The notes beneath the pieces are model-generated. The model had not been told where the DNA came from. It saw nothing but the letters and a program-made list of their open reading frames with translations, and searched no databases. Positions 11,660 to 27,885 of a stretch of 64,000 nt of DNA are shown here, one piece after another; the stretch's first letter is position 1; each line of letters opens with the position of its first letter. The position numbers were made by a program, and so were the translations under genes. This DNA comes from Podarcis muralis (Eukaryota): NCBI RefSeq assembly GCF_964188315.1, contig NC_135669.1, positions 16,368,001 through 16,432,000 of the forward strand, read 5' to 3'.

Positions 11660-15716
<4,057 letters not shown>

Positions 15717-16842
15717 GGGCTGTTGCTGCACCCACCAGCAGGCGTGAAGAGCAGCAGCGGAAGTCCTGAGGAGGCGGACTTCCAAGGCAGCTTGAACTGC
15801 AGGGATGGGGCCTTGCACCTCTAAAGCAAGATCCCATGTGTGAGGCCCCAGTGCCTGAAAGAAGAATATTGATGACTGTGGTCCAAGGAAGACCTGCAGC
15901 TGCAAAGGGCTGCCCCCACCCCACCCCAAGCTGCAGTACATCTCTAGGCCCACCAAGTGACTCGTGTTCCCCTGAAGAACGTCCCTCCCACTATAGCCAT
16001 CGGTTGGCCCACTCCTCCTTCCTCTTCCCAACCTCAGGGATGGCTCAATCTGCATGTGATGGCTCTTCCTTGGCATGAAGGGGGCCAGCCAGGCCACCAG
16101 GAAACTGGCAAGCCCTGGTGCTGCTGCTGCCAACTGAGCTGAAGCATGCTGCTTTGTAGCTTCTGCACTTTACAAATAAATGGCTGTGATCAAAGTGCCG
16201 TCCCTGTCCTTCCCCTTCAGAAAGCCAATGGAGGGAACCACAGCCTAAGCCCAGGCAAAAGAGGCAGGGCTCAGAAGGAAATACACATTGTGTCTACTCA
16301 CCACTAACAGATTTGGCAATGCTCAATGGGCTGAGCTGGCCAGTGTCTGAGCTGGTAAATGACACTTTAAGGGAGGAAAAGGCTCCTTGCTCATTTAAGA
16401 CTTGCTGCATTTGAATTCTGAACCCTTTATACGGGCATTCCCTGTACACTACAACAGAGGAATAAATCTGGACCTTGTCCTGCATGTAAGTAGAGTCCCA
16501 AATAGCCACAGTACTCTGAAATTGTTCTGAGTCCATCCACAACTCAGGCTGCAGCCCCAGCCTACCCTCCACAGCTGTGAATCTCCTTCAAGGACAAAGT
16601 AGCACTATGAGCAAAACTTTAATAAGGCAAATTCTCACAGAAGCTGTACAAAGGAAGGTAGATGAGATGCTGGTGGCTTTCTGAGTGGTCAGGGGCCTTT
16701 GAGCCAGATCCTGACTGTGCTCCATTAGGTCCACTGGAAGCCTGAATAGTGGTTGCCCAAACAAGAAGGCCTCAGGCCCTGCAGCACCACAGGCTGGCAC
16801 TTCTCTGGAACAGGTCCCACCTGGGGCGGGAAGGCAGGCGTC

Positions 16843-19800
16843 TCAGGTAAAGCTCAGGATGTCTGTCTCACCAGCCTGTGAGGGGGGATTGGAGGGAGGG
16901 CTTGCAACCTTCTTGCCCTCAGCCAGAGCCTTAAAATGCTGCAGGAGAGAGAAGGGGGCAGGGAGAACACCATCATTTTAGGCAGCGCTAGGGCAAGGCC
17001 ACTCCAGGTGAGGCTGGGGAAAAGACGCAGGGAGCAATCCATTCAGCAGTGCCCCCACATGAACATGGACACCAGACCAGAGCTGCTGCTCTTCAGATCC
17101 TTGTGTCTCCTACCTGTGAATTTTTGAATTCTGAGTAGAGGGAGAAAAGGGTGTGCAGGGACTGGATATGGCCCTTGTAGACAGGAATGTCCAGAATAGC
17201 TGAAGAGAAAAAATAATGGCTATTTAGTCTGATTCCAACAAGCAAGGAGACTTTTGTTGGGTGGTGCATAGCTGAGGGGCATTTTGAGAAGAGGCCAATT
17301 CCGACACCGACTGGAGCAGCTCTCTACCCCTAAAAGGATTGGTATAGGTGAGCACCACATCAGCAAAAGGGCACTCACCACATATCATGTCTGTGTATTC
17401 TGCCAGGCTGCAGTTAATATCTGCAGTGGGAAGGCTCACCTGAAAAGCAGAGAGGGAAAGGTCAGCTCAGTACTCTCTTTCTCTGCATGAATCTCTTTAG
17501 AGGCCCACAAGCTTCTCCCTCCTGCTGACAAGCCCCCTCTCTTAGGCCAGGCCAAAACTAGAAGTTGGAGAGGGGGACAGCTGGCAGACACTACCTTTCC
17601 CAGCAGCTCTTCAAACTCCGGAGACCACTCCTGCATCAGTGTGTCTATATCAGGCATGGGCCTACAAGGAAGAAATACCAGGGAGCAGCTTGAAATGGCC
17701 ATCCTCCACACAGAGGGTGCATTTGCAGACTGGCTTTCTTCCCCCACCCCCAGCATGGAGCAAAGGTGGGGCTGAGTGCTGGCAGGCCTTGCCCTTGCCC
17801 TTGTACTCATCCCTCCCTCGAAGAGGCCCACCTAGCATAGTGGACTGTAGCTGGGGGCTTGCAGCGATGCAGCTCACTGATGCTCTCAATCCAGCTCTCA
17901 ATGGCTTTGGGATTCTTCTCAGCATTCTCCAGGCTCTTCACTTTAATCTGCTGCTGGAAACAGAGACCAGAACATGCCCCAATGTGCCTCCTCAACAGAA
18001 CCAAGGGCTGTCTTGCATCCAAGAGGAGTCACTTCACCCACCCTCTCTCCCACTTACGGCCACATTGTGCTGCTTAGAGTTTTCCGTTAACCAGAGGGAG
18101 AGAACAGTGGGGTCGGACTGCTTGGTCGATGGCTCATCCAGCACCAGCAATCCAAGATTATCTGGCTTCGCATCAGGGCGTGGAACCTATGAGAAACAAG
18201 CCAGGGTGTCCTTTGCACGTGAGAGTTTCCATTATTCTATTCTTCGTGTACACACCCAGGAACAAGACCAGTCAAGAGAGTTTCTGCTGGGAATGGTCAA
18301 TCACTATAACAAGCAAAATGTGGCCCTGCCTGCTGAGAAAGCCAAGGATCTGAAAGAAACCTTTGCTGCCCTGTCACACCAAAGGCCCCTGTAGTTCATC
18401 ATTTTGTCCTCTCAGTGGCCAAGCAGATGCTCAGTGGGAAAGCCATAAGCATCACTTGAGGGCAACAAAAATTCTTCCCACTTATCTACAAGGATTCTGC
18501 AAAGCAGCTAACCTTTCAGCACTGTTGACTATGGGTATGGAGGCAAAGCATTGACAGTGCTGCCCTGTTGCACCTCCATAGAGAGATGACAGCTCTCTAT
18601 GGACATTGCAGGGAAAGGGTCCTGTGTGGCAGTTCTCAGCCAGTGCTGCATGTAAAGGAGTGTCAGAATGAATGCAGTACCTTTAAGAAGGCATCAATGT
18701 CCCCAACAGCTGGAATGAAGTCTGGAATGAAAGGTTTCAGCTTGTGCTCCAGGTCAATCATTTGTGAAGAATACCTGAGGAGCAGACACCGTGAGCAGAA
18801 GCCTGAAAAGAGACACGCCTGCCCACAATGCGGCCAAGATCCACATTACCCCTTACCTCCGGATGTACTGGAAAAGCTCCTTGATCTCCAGGGAGACTGG
18901 CAGGTAGTCATAATCTGCTGAGTTGTATGCCCTGGGGAAAGAGCCAGTGGTGAGGCTGGGCAGGAGGCAATGGAAATAGGATGTGTTCAAAGGCAGGGTG
19001 AGGGAGAGTCTGACTCCAAGGAGAAACAAAGAAAAGCCAGCTTGCATTCTCACTCTCCTCCATCCACCCCACCGCCCTATGGGCCAAAAATATTTCCTCC
19101 TGAAGCAAATAGCACCTTCCATAAGACCGCACTGGGGAAGGTTTACATTCTTCCACACCTGCTGCAGTCTCAGAAACTGCATTATTTTCACACTCCATTT
19201 TTTAAAACCTGTAAGTTGCATACAGATACACATTTAGTGTAGCACACAGCTTAGTAGGGGTGAGGCTGCCAAAAACAGCAAACAGACTGACTGGTCTAGC
19301 TAAGCCACTATATTCCTGGGACACGTGATCTGCTTGGACATTCAACCATCTTCTACCTGCCTGCTATATTACAGAACAGGTGGGCAATCAGTGGCCTTTC
19401 AGAGGATGCCAGACTCCAACTCCAAACAGCCCCAGCTGCCAGTGTGGTTAATGGTCAGGTATAATGGGCATTGTAGTTCAGCATCATCTGGAGGTCCAGA
19501 GGTTCCCCAACCCAATATTATGGACTGCTATCCTACCCAACTGACAGTATATGGGGACCTTTGGAAGCCAGCAAACCCTCACTTAAAACGTGTGACTTCA
19601 GTGCTTGAAAGTTATCACACAGGAACCTTCTCAACTTTCCAACTGGCCTATGCAGGGAGTATGTGGGTGAAACAGGCTGAAGGCCAAGGAAGGCTCCAGG
19701 ACTTGTTTTTGCTCATTGGATCCTTGGCGGTTAGGCATCCCTTGCCCCACCAAAATTAATCGACTTAGGAAAGCATCTTCCTGGGCAGTCTAGTCTGCAA

Positions 19801-20646
19801 GGCTGGCACACGCCATGCCAATTGGAAACAAGGGCACAACTGCATGTAAGCTTACTACCAAGTAGCAAATGTGTTGGCAGCCAAGCACATGCCCTTCCTA
19901 GCCAACTTCCCCCTCCCCACATGGCTCCCGGCACCCCCCACCCTGCAAATACCCCTCCAGAGGAGCGCCATGCTCTTCATCGTCGTCATCGTCATCAGAG
20001 TCCGTCTCTGAAGAGTCGTCGTCCTCGTCTTCTACCTCGTTCCCACTGAAACGAGGCTGGGAGGCCAGTTGGGAGGCCTTCTTCTCCTGGGGGAGAGGGG
20101 GAAAGCGAAGGAGTGGGAGCCAACTCGGCCCTCAAGCAGCCCCATCACCACCACGACCCCAGCCCGCTGCTTCCTTGGCCCTCCAGGCAGGAAACAGGGA
20201 GGCGGGGGGGAGGGAAGGAGGCTGCTGTTCAGTGGGTACCTTGAGTATCTCCTCGTCGTCCTCCTCGCTGCTGTTTTCGGCCAGGCTCTTGTGCTGGGAG
20301 CGGACGCGGCGAGGGCCTGAGACGGTGGCAGGAGAGAAGGGCCGAGTCAGAGGCGGAGGGGGCGACCACCCGGCTCCCCCGACCCTGTGCGCTGCCCCCG
20401 TTGTCCCAGCCCCCCATACCTGGCTGCGGAGGGCTGGGCGCGTAGATGCTGGCCACGTCCTCCGTCTCGTTGACGTCCAGGCTCTCATCGTAAGGCTGGT
20501 TCTCCACGATCCGCGTCTACGAGGTGGGGAGAGAAACGGGACGTGAGCCGGATCCCCTTGAGCACCCAGCCCACGAAAGGCTCGCCCTTCCTCACCTGTA
20601 GGCCGGCCTCAGGCGGCGCTGCGGGAGGCGGCGGCGCACCCGCCAT
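16843..20646 (-). CDS. IFT46: Intraflagellar transport protein 46, 362 aa. Exons 20646-20596, 20516-20420, 20316-20240, 20086-19953, 18931-18857, 18774-18681, 18186-18058, 17953-17832, 17661-17595, 17439-17379, 17199-17114, 16938-16843
   Basis: Contains EEHGAPLEGAYNSADYDYLPVSLEIKELFQYIRRY..DLEHKLKPFIPDFIPAVGDIDAFLKVPRPD..DEPSTKQSDPTVLSLWLTENSKQHN..MPDIDTLMQEWSPEFEELLGKV..EFKNSQHF. The 1089-nt spliced ORF is in phase; ATTAAA on the minus strand at 16618-16623. Confidence 0.95.
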
Positions 20647-21070
20647 ATCGCCAAGTAGGACCAAGTCTTCCCCGCGAGCGAGCGAGGCCTAGGCGGCCCC
20701 GTCTCCAGGGAAACGGGAGACGAGGCCCTCGCGAGAACTCGCCTTCCTCTCGCTAGAGTGGCCAAGGAGCGAGCGAGGGGATGCAGCGGCCCCTACCGGC
20801 AGGGAGGGCGGCGGCGGCGATGGCGGCGCTGCCACCGGCGAATTGGCTCGGGTGGGCGGGGCCTAGCGGACACCCGTTGGGGCGAGGGGCGTGGCGGCGT
20901 GCCCTCTGCGTGCGTGACGCCGCCGCTTCCGCCTGGGAGACGTGGCTCGGGGCCGCCATCTTGTGTGGCAGGCAGAAGGAGCGGAGAGGCGCTCGGGCCC
21001 GGAGGGGAGAGGAGGAAACGGAGACGCTGCCGCCGCTGCTGCTGCTGCCATCTTCGCCGTCACCTTCGCC
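20647..21070. promoter_or_regulatory. Bidirectional CpG-island promoter shared by IFT46 and ARCN1
   Basis: The divergent ATGs are only ~425 bp apart. Motifs: X-box-like GTCTCCAGGGAAAC 20701-20714, CCTCGCGAGA 20727-20736, GC boxes near 20854 and 20887, GACGTGGC 20939-20946, YY1 GCCGCCATCTTG 20952-20963. Confidence 0.85.
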
Positions 21071-24000
21071 ATGGTGAGTGTCCGGCAGGGGCCTCCCGCT
21101 GCCCTCCGCGGTCAGCGGCTGCCACTGGGGGAGATGGGGGGTGTCGGCGGGGCCTGCTCGATCCCGTTGGCCTCCATGGGGCTCCTCCTTCTCCGGCCAC
21201 CCTTGTGAGCAGCGGGCAGTCGGCCGTGGGTGCTCCTCGGTCGCCCGTTGCCGGCTGCCTGGCCGCCTCCCAAGACACCGCGGGCGAAGCGCTGCTTTCC
21301 GGGGCGACGGGGGCGTCTTTCCGAGGCCGAAGGTGGAGGAGGGCCTGTGGAAGCCCCTCCGGAGCCTGCCAGCTTTTCAAGGGCCTCCGCCTGCGCCACC
21401 CAAACACCTCCCTCCGTGAGCCCGTGGCTGCCGGTGGAAGGTAACGTGTCACAAGAGGCAGCCTTGAGGCTGTCGCGATGATACTACTTCCAAGCTGGGA
21501 CTGAGAAAGGCGCCCTGCAACTGGTAGGCACAGAAATCTCGCAACTGCACTTTTCACTTGCTCCCCAAAAAAACCACCAGGTTTTCCTCTGGTAGGGAAA
21601 CTGGACTGGGGGAGGGAGGAGGGTAAAAACAGCCACCAGTGAGTTTGCTGGTGTCAAAATGTTTCACGGTTTGCAAAAGCCTGTGTCAAACGCCAGGAGT
21701 TGCGGAGCATTTGTGGAAGCCGTCAGCTGGGCCAAGGATGAAGCAGCAGGGTTCTTTTTTTGTGCAAATCATGTTGCAAAACTAGTTTAGAGCAAAAGGT
21801 TGGGGCAAGTTGAAATTTGGCTTCCGTCAGCTCTACAGTATATTTTGGATTGGATAATATAGAAAAGATCTCCATTTAAGTCAAGTATTGCCTGCTAAAT
21901 TTTCATATATATTTTTAATTGTGAATTATTTGGGCATGAATCACAAATCGCTGGCAATTTCAGATTTTTTAACTTTATGCCATGGTTCTCACAGGCCAGC
22001 TGATTTGGATCTCCTTAATACAAACCTTTGACTTTTGAGATGTTACAATTCAGCACAATGGTGGCTCTTCACACAACAGCTTTCTGAGGTTGGTTAGGCT
22101 GAGTGACATTGGCCTAACCAAAGCTACCTCGTGGCAGTGAATTAAACGTGGCTCTCCTGCACCAAAGTTCAGGCAGAGGTCTCCTTGAGTTATAGGAAGA
22201 AAATGACAGGCTTTGTGTGAACCTTTGCCCCTTGCTCATAAGGCAGGAAAGGAAGGATAATGCTAATGATGGTTATTAGGCACAGTTCCTATGTATTACT
22301 TCCACCTCTGCTTACCAGTTGTCAGTAGGGCTGGGTGATACCTAGTTTTCAACATCATGGTATATCACCAGCTAAACATCACGATATACCGATATATCAT
22401 GTCTGAAATAAGGATGGAACTACTATGTAGCAGCATTTGCTGGCTTCACAGTTTTTCCCGTATCATGATTTTTGCCGGCGAGAGCTGAGCTGGCAGAGTT
22501 AACGGGGACTGCAGGAATCGAGAGTAGCTTTGGCTGACTTCACGGTTTTTCCCACATTGTGATTTTTGCAAAGTACACACACACATACACACCAAGATTT
22601 GTGATATATTGTCAGGTCAAAAATTATGAAAACAACATCATGATGTGGACTTCAAACCAGTGTTGGATGATATATTGATATACCGCCCAGCCCTAATCAC
22701 AAGGCCCTGTTCCAGGCTTCACATAGGTATTTGGCTGACCACTGATTCAACTGAAAGGCTCTTATATCTTCTATGTAGTTATGAGGCTGACAAAAGCTCT
22801 TGTCTCCACAGGTGCTCTTGGCAGCTGCCGTCTGTACGAAAGCCGGAAAGGCGATCGTCTCACGCCAGTTTGTAGAGATGTCACGGACCCGCATTGAGGG
22901 GCTGCTGGCAGCCTTCCCCAAGCTCATGAACACAGGGAAGCAGCACACATTCGTAGAGACAGAGAGCGTCCGCTACGTCTACCAGCCCATGGAGAAACTC
23001 TACATGGTCCTGATCACCACAAAAAACAGCAACATCCTGGAGGACCTTGAAACTCTCCGGCTTTTCTCTAGAGTGGTGAGGATCTTGCTTCAAGCTGCCT
23101 GGCTTGCAAAATACCCAGGGGGAGGGAGGGTTTGCACATGGAGCAGCTGTCCTATGGAGCTTGCTTTTTCCTTGGGTTGTGTTGCTGTGCTTACTTATTT
23201 GATACTGGAATCGGAAAGTGAAGAACTGATCCACCTGATCACATTAGAATAAGTGTGGGGAGCTAGCTGGGATAATTTTTGCCCTTGAAACAGGCTCCTG
23301 GACCAATAAGGTTCAGCTAAAGGTGTAGAGGCTTTGGGGGCTTTGCAGGTCTATGAAGATGTGTGGAGTGGGTTTTGGCCACGGTTGCCTTGCTTCATTA
23401 GAATGCCATTTTCCCTGACTCCCTCCAGATCCCAGAATACTGTCGAGCCCTGGAGGAGAATGAGATCTCTGAGCACTGCTTTGATCTGATATTTGCCTTT
23501 GATGAGATTGTTGCCCTTGGCTACCGGGAAAACGTCAACCTGGCCCAGATCCGCACTTTTACTGAGATGGACTCTCATGAGGAGAAAGTCTTCAGAGCTG
23601 TCCGTGAGGTAGGCCAAAAGCTTTCTGTGGCCTCCTACGCTCCAGGCCCAGGACTCTGGTGCATTTGGTCCAGGCCATCAATTCCTTTCTTGTCCTCTTC
23701 TTCTCATTTGTATATGTAGACTCAGGAGCGGGAGGCCAAGGCAGAGATGCGTCGGAAAGCCAAGGAACTGCAGCAAGCTCGAAGGGATGCTGAGCGCCGG
23801 GGCACCAAAGCACCAGGGTTTGGTGGTTTTGGAAGCTCTGCCATGTCAGGAGGCAGCACAGCTGCCATGATTACCGAAACCATCATTGAGACGGAGCGAC
23901 CAAAAGTGACTCCAACACCTACCAGGTATAAAGGTTGGGCAAGAAGCAGGTGAGGGCTTGTGGACCTCTTGTTGCCATGAGTGGCCACCTTCAGAAGTGG

Positions 24001-27000
24001 GAGAGTTCTGGGTCTTTTTGAGACTGTTGATGGTGCTCCAATCTGGATCCTCTGGGTTTCTTTGACTGTTCTTGTGGGGGGCTGCTTCGGTGTCTCCCAA
24101 GTAGCTGAATGACATGTTTGCTCTCTGGTGGCCATACTGTACATACGATCCGTGTGTGTTTAGAGCATGAGGATAAGGGGAAGGCTGTAGCAGCACTGCC
24201 ACTATGAATCTCAGACACTCTCTGGGTTCTTTCTGTGGAGAAAGGATGTCTCAAAAACTTCTGCACTGCTTTTTGTTTCTTAGGCCATCTGGTTCAAACA
24301 AGGCACTCAAGCTTGGCGCAAAAGGGAAGGAAGTGGACAATTTTGTGGACAAGCTAAATTCTGAAGGAGAAAACATTGTCACTTTGGTTGGCAAGCGATC
24401 CTCAGAAGCAGCCACTGTTCTAGCTCCACCCATCAACATGGAGAGGTAGGTTTTTGTGTTCTGCAGTGGGAGAAGACAGTGAAACTGTGGCTGGGATTCA
24501 GAGTGGTTTCCTAGGCCACCTTGTATCATCAACCTTAACCTTCCTTTTGGGGCGTGGCTTTCTTGGGAGTTGACAGAATTTTGGGCAGGTGCCCAGAGTG
24601 TGTCCCAATGAGGAGTAAGAGATACCTCTTTGAGGTATAAGTCCTGCACATAACACGGTGTGGGGGAGGGGGAGTTGATCTAGTCACTACCCTGAGCCAC
24701 AGGGGTTGGAGGGAATGATGTTGGGGTTGGAGAGGGGAATGGGTTAAAGGATGGGAAGTGCAAGCAGCTCATCTAGTCTAGCAGAGCCTGGGGAGATTCA
24801 CTCTTGGAAGGAGGGCCATTCCAGTGGGAGCGAAACCTCCACATCCTGTTTGGGCCTGCCTACTTTTGCCAAAGGGAAGGCAGTGCAGAGCAATGCACGG
24901 GGGTGATTCAGGCTTTCTCTTCTCTAGTGTGCACATGAAAATAGAGGAGAAGATCTCGCTCACCTGCGGCCGGGATGGAGGGCTGCAGAACATGGAGCTC
25001 CACGGCATGATCATGCTGCGGATCCTGGATGAAAAGTTTTCCCGGATTCGCATCCACGTTGAGAACGAGGACAAGAAAGGGGTGCAGCTCCAGGTATGGC
25101 TGGCCCACTGGCCTTGCTGCTCCTACTGCCGCCCATGCAGGTGGAAAGGTGCTGTCCATGATACAAGTTGTGGGGATTAATTGAGCCCCATGGGTGGGGT
25201 GGAGGGCATCCTTATCTAGAGTTCTGCTGCACTTGATTCTGATGTTAGCAGTACTCCAAGACCTGTCTTTGAGGGAAGAATTTGATGGCGGGTATAAAGC
25301 CAGTAGGAGCTAAAGAGCATTAGGTTTGGAATAGGGCTGAAGATTTAAGTCAAAAACATGTGTGATGGGTTAAACAGGGCAGGGGTAAAACAAGACACTG
25401 AGAGTACAAGTGCAAATTTCTGAAAACAGAGAAACCAACAATTAAAAAATCTTGAGTAATGTTAGTATTAGAGACTGGCTAGGAAGGTGGCTAAACCTTT
25501 GGTTGACAAGGGAGTCAAATGTGTGCTGAAGAGAAGGGAGTTAGCAAAGAAGCTGAATTAATTCTATGTACCAGTCTTTACAGTGGAAGATATTGGGCAA
25601 ATCTCTGTGCCTGAACTAACTTTCACAGGATGGGAGTCTGAGGAACTGAGGCAAATAATGGTGACAATACAGAAAAAGTTTGTATGTTCTTATAGAAGGC
25701 TTTAGCCCAATGATTCACCATTCTTGCCTGTGCTTAAGGAGCTTCCCAGCCTGTCTGTGCTGTGCATGGGCAAATCTTTCTAGATTTGAGTGGCAGGCTA
25801 GTGTGCTAATCTAGTGAAAGTCTTCCAGAATTTGGAGCATGGCATGATTAATTTTTGGATCTACAGATGAATCTTACCAGTTTTTTCTTTTCAGACTCAC
25901 CCCAATGTTGACAAGAAGCTTTTTACGGCAGAGTCCTTGATCGGCCTGAAGAACCCAGAGAAGTCTTTCCCCATAAATAGTGATGTGGGAGTCCTGAAGT
26001 GGCGGCTGCAGACCACAGAGGAGTCATTCATTCCACTGACAAGTAAGTGTGAGCACATCTGGTTGGGCGTTGAGGAGGGGCAGACGGACATAACACTCCC
26101 ATGAGTCTAGAACCAGGCATAGCTCCCTTGGTTCAGTAGACCTTCCTCCTGTCCCTGTTCAGGAGAGCCCATTGCTGCTGGCAGAAGGTCATGTGATGAG
26201 CAGGGGTGCTTTTTGTGTCTTAGTTAACTGCTGGCCATCAGAGAGCGGGAGTGGCTGTGATGTCAACATTGAGTATGAGCTGCAAGAGGAGAACCTGGAG
26301 TTAAATGACGTGGTGATCACCATCCCTTTGCCGTGAGTAGCCATTGCACCTCCTGATCCCCTGATTCACCCAACCAGCTGCAAGGTCAGCCTTGATGCAA
26401 GGGAGTTGAGTGGTCACTCATTGCTGCTTCTGTAGGTCCAACGTGGGTGCTCCTGTGATTGGGGAGATTGATGGCGAGTATCGCCACGACAGCCGGAGAA
26501 ACATCCTCGAGTGGTGCCTGCCTGTGATCGATGCCAAAAACAAGAGCGGCAGCCTGGAATTCAGCATCAACGGGCAGCCAAATGACTTCTTTCCTGTGCA
26601 CGTCTCTTTCGTCTCCAAGAAGAACTACTGCAACATCCAGGTGAGTCTGGGAAGTGCCTCGAGTGGAGGCTGTGGTCCTGTTTGCTGCCCGCTTCTATTT
26701 TGGAAAACACCCTGCCTTTCCATATGGCCCACAGTTATGCTCTCCATCTGGCAAGTGCGATGAGCAATCTGCTTTCCTTTCCAACGTTGAAAATGCAGAG
26801 GTGGGAAAAGGATCCTCCTGGCAGTGGTATAGCTCCCAAGGGGGCAGGGGGCTGCCTGGCAATTGTGTGCTAAGGCACCCAGAACAGCTGGCAAGCCACA
26901 CCCTTCCCCCTGTACCTGCACATACACACAAGCACTGTCTAGGGCAGGAACGTGGGTGGGGATGCATAAGCTTTTTAACTGGAAGTGAATACAGGTCTTC

Positions 27001-27885
27001 TGCATGCAACGGGGGTGGCTTCCCTTGAGGTGTGTCCTATTTGGCACCATGACTTTGTGTGTAAAGGACGCATTGGTGTAGATTGTCCTTGTCCCTTCAT
27101 AGGCTAATAATGTTTCCTCAAAGTGTCTCCTTCACTTTGGGGGGGTGGGGAGAGCCTTTAACTCTTTCCTTTTGAAGTGTGCAAGGGAGAGGCACAGGTC
27201 AGCATACCTTGAGAGTTGTTTTGGTCTCATAGCATATACAGTAGTACCTTGGTTCTCAAACTTAATCCATTCCTGAAGTCTGTTCCAAAACCAAAACATT
27301 CCAAAACCAAGGCATGCTTTCCCATAGAAAGTAATGCAAAATGGATTAATCCATTCCTGACTTTTAAAAACAACCCCTAATGCAGCAATTTAACATGAAT
27401 TTTACTATCAAATGAGACCATTGATCTATAAAATGAAAGCAATAAGCAATGTACTGCAATCACACAATCAATCAAACTAGCTGAACTGGGTTCCACACAG
27501 TCACACAAAAAAGAGCCACAAAAACGTAGCAAAAACAGACAGACCTCAGCGCAACAACATGGAAGTGTGGCACTCAAATCAGAAGCGCAATGCTCAAAAC
27601 GCAGCATGTTCAGCTTTTGAAAAAAGGTCGCAAACCAGAACACTTATTTCCAGGTTTGCAGGGTTTGGGTTCCAAGTTGTTTGAGTACCAAGGCGTTTGA
27701 GAACCCAAGGTACCATTGTACTACAAAAGCAATTTGATCCAAGACCAGTAGCAGGCTATTTCATCTTGACTGACCATATGGCTTCCTCTCCGCAGGTTAC
27801 CAAAGTGACCCAGGTAGATGGGAATAGTCCTGTGAGATTCTCCACAGAGACCACCTTCCTCGTGGACAAGTATGAGATCCTGTAA
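21071..27885 (+). CDS. ARCN1: Coatomer subunit delta (archain 1), 510 aa. Exons 21071-21073, 22812-23075, 23429-23608, 23720-23925, 24284-24445, 24928-25093, 25895-26042, 26224-26332, 26436-26640, 27796-27885
   Basis: [60 protein letters not shown]...[17 protein letters not shown]. The 1533-nt spliced ORF has an ATG-only first coding exon. Candidate AATAAA at 28853-28858. Confidence 0.98.
22326..22695. mobile_element. hAT-like non-autonomous DNA transposon in ARCN1 intron 1
   Basis: TIRs TAGGGCTGGGTGATA / ATACCGCCCAGCCCTA with subterminal gatata repeats; no TSD recognisable. Confidence 0.7.
25440..25670 (+). mobile_element. Degenerate CR1 ORF2 fragment in ARCN1 intron 6
   Basis: gcaaagaagctgaat..ttctatgtaccagtctttacagtggaaga..cctgaactaactttc..ggagtctgaggaactgaggcaaata resembles the CR1 KA..LN.FF.SVFT.E region. 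Confidence 0.5.
27239..27718. mobile_element. Tc1/mariner (Tigger-like) MITE, longer family
   Basis: TA-CAGTAGTACCTTGGTTCTCAAAC ... GTTTGAGAACCCAAGGTACCATTG-TA. Confidence 0.85.
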
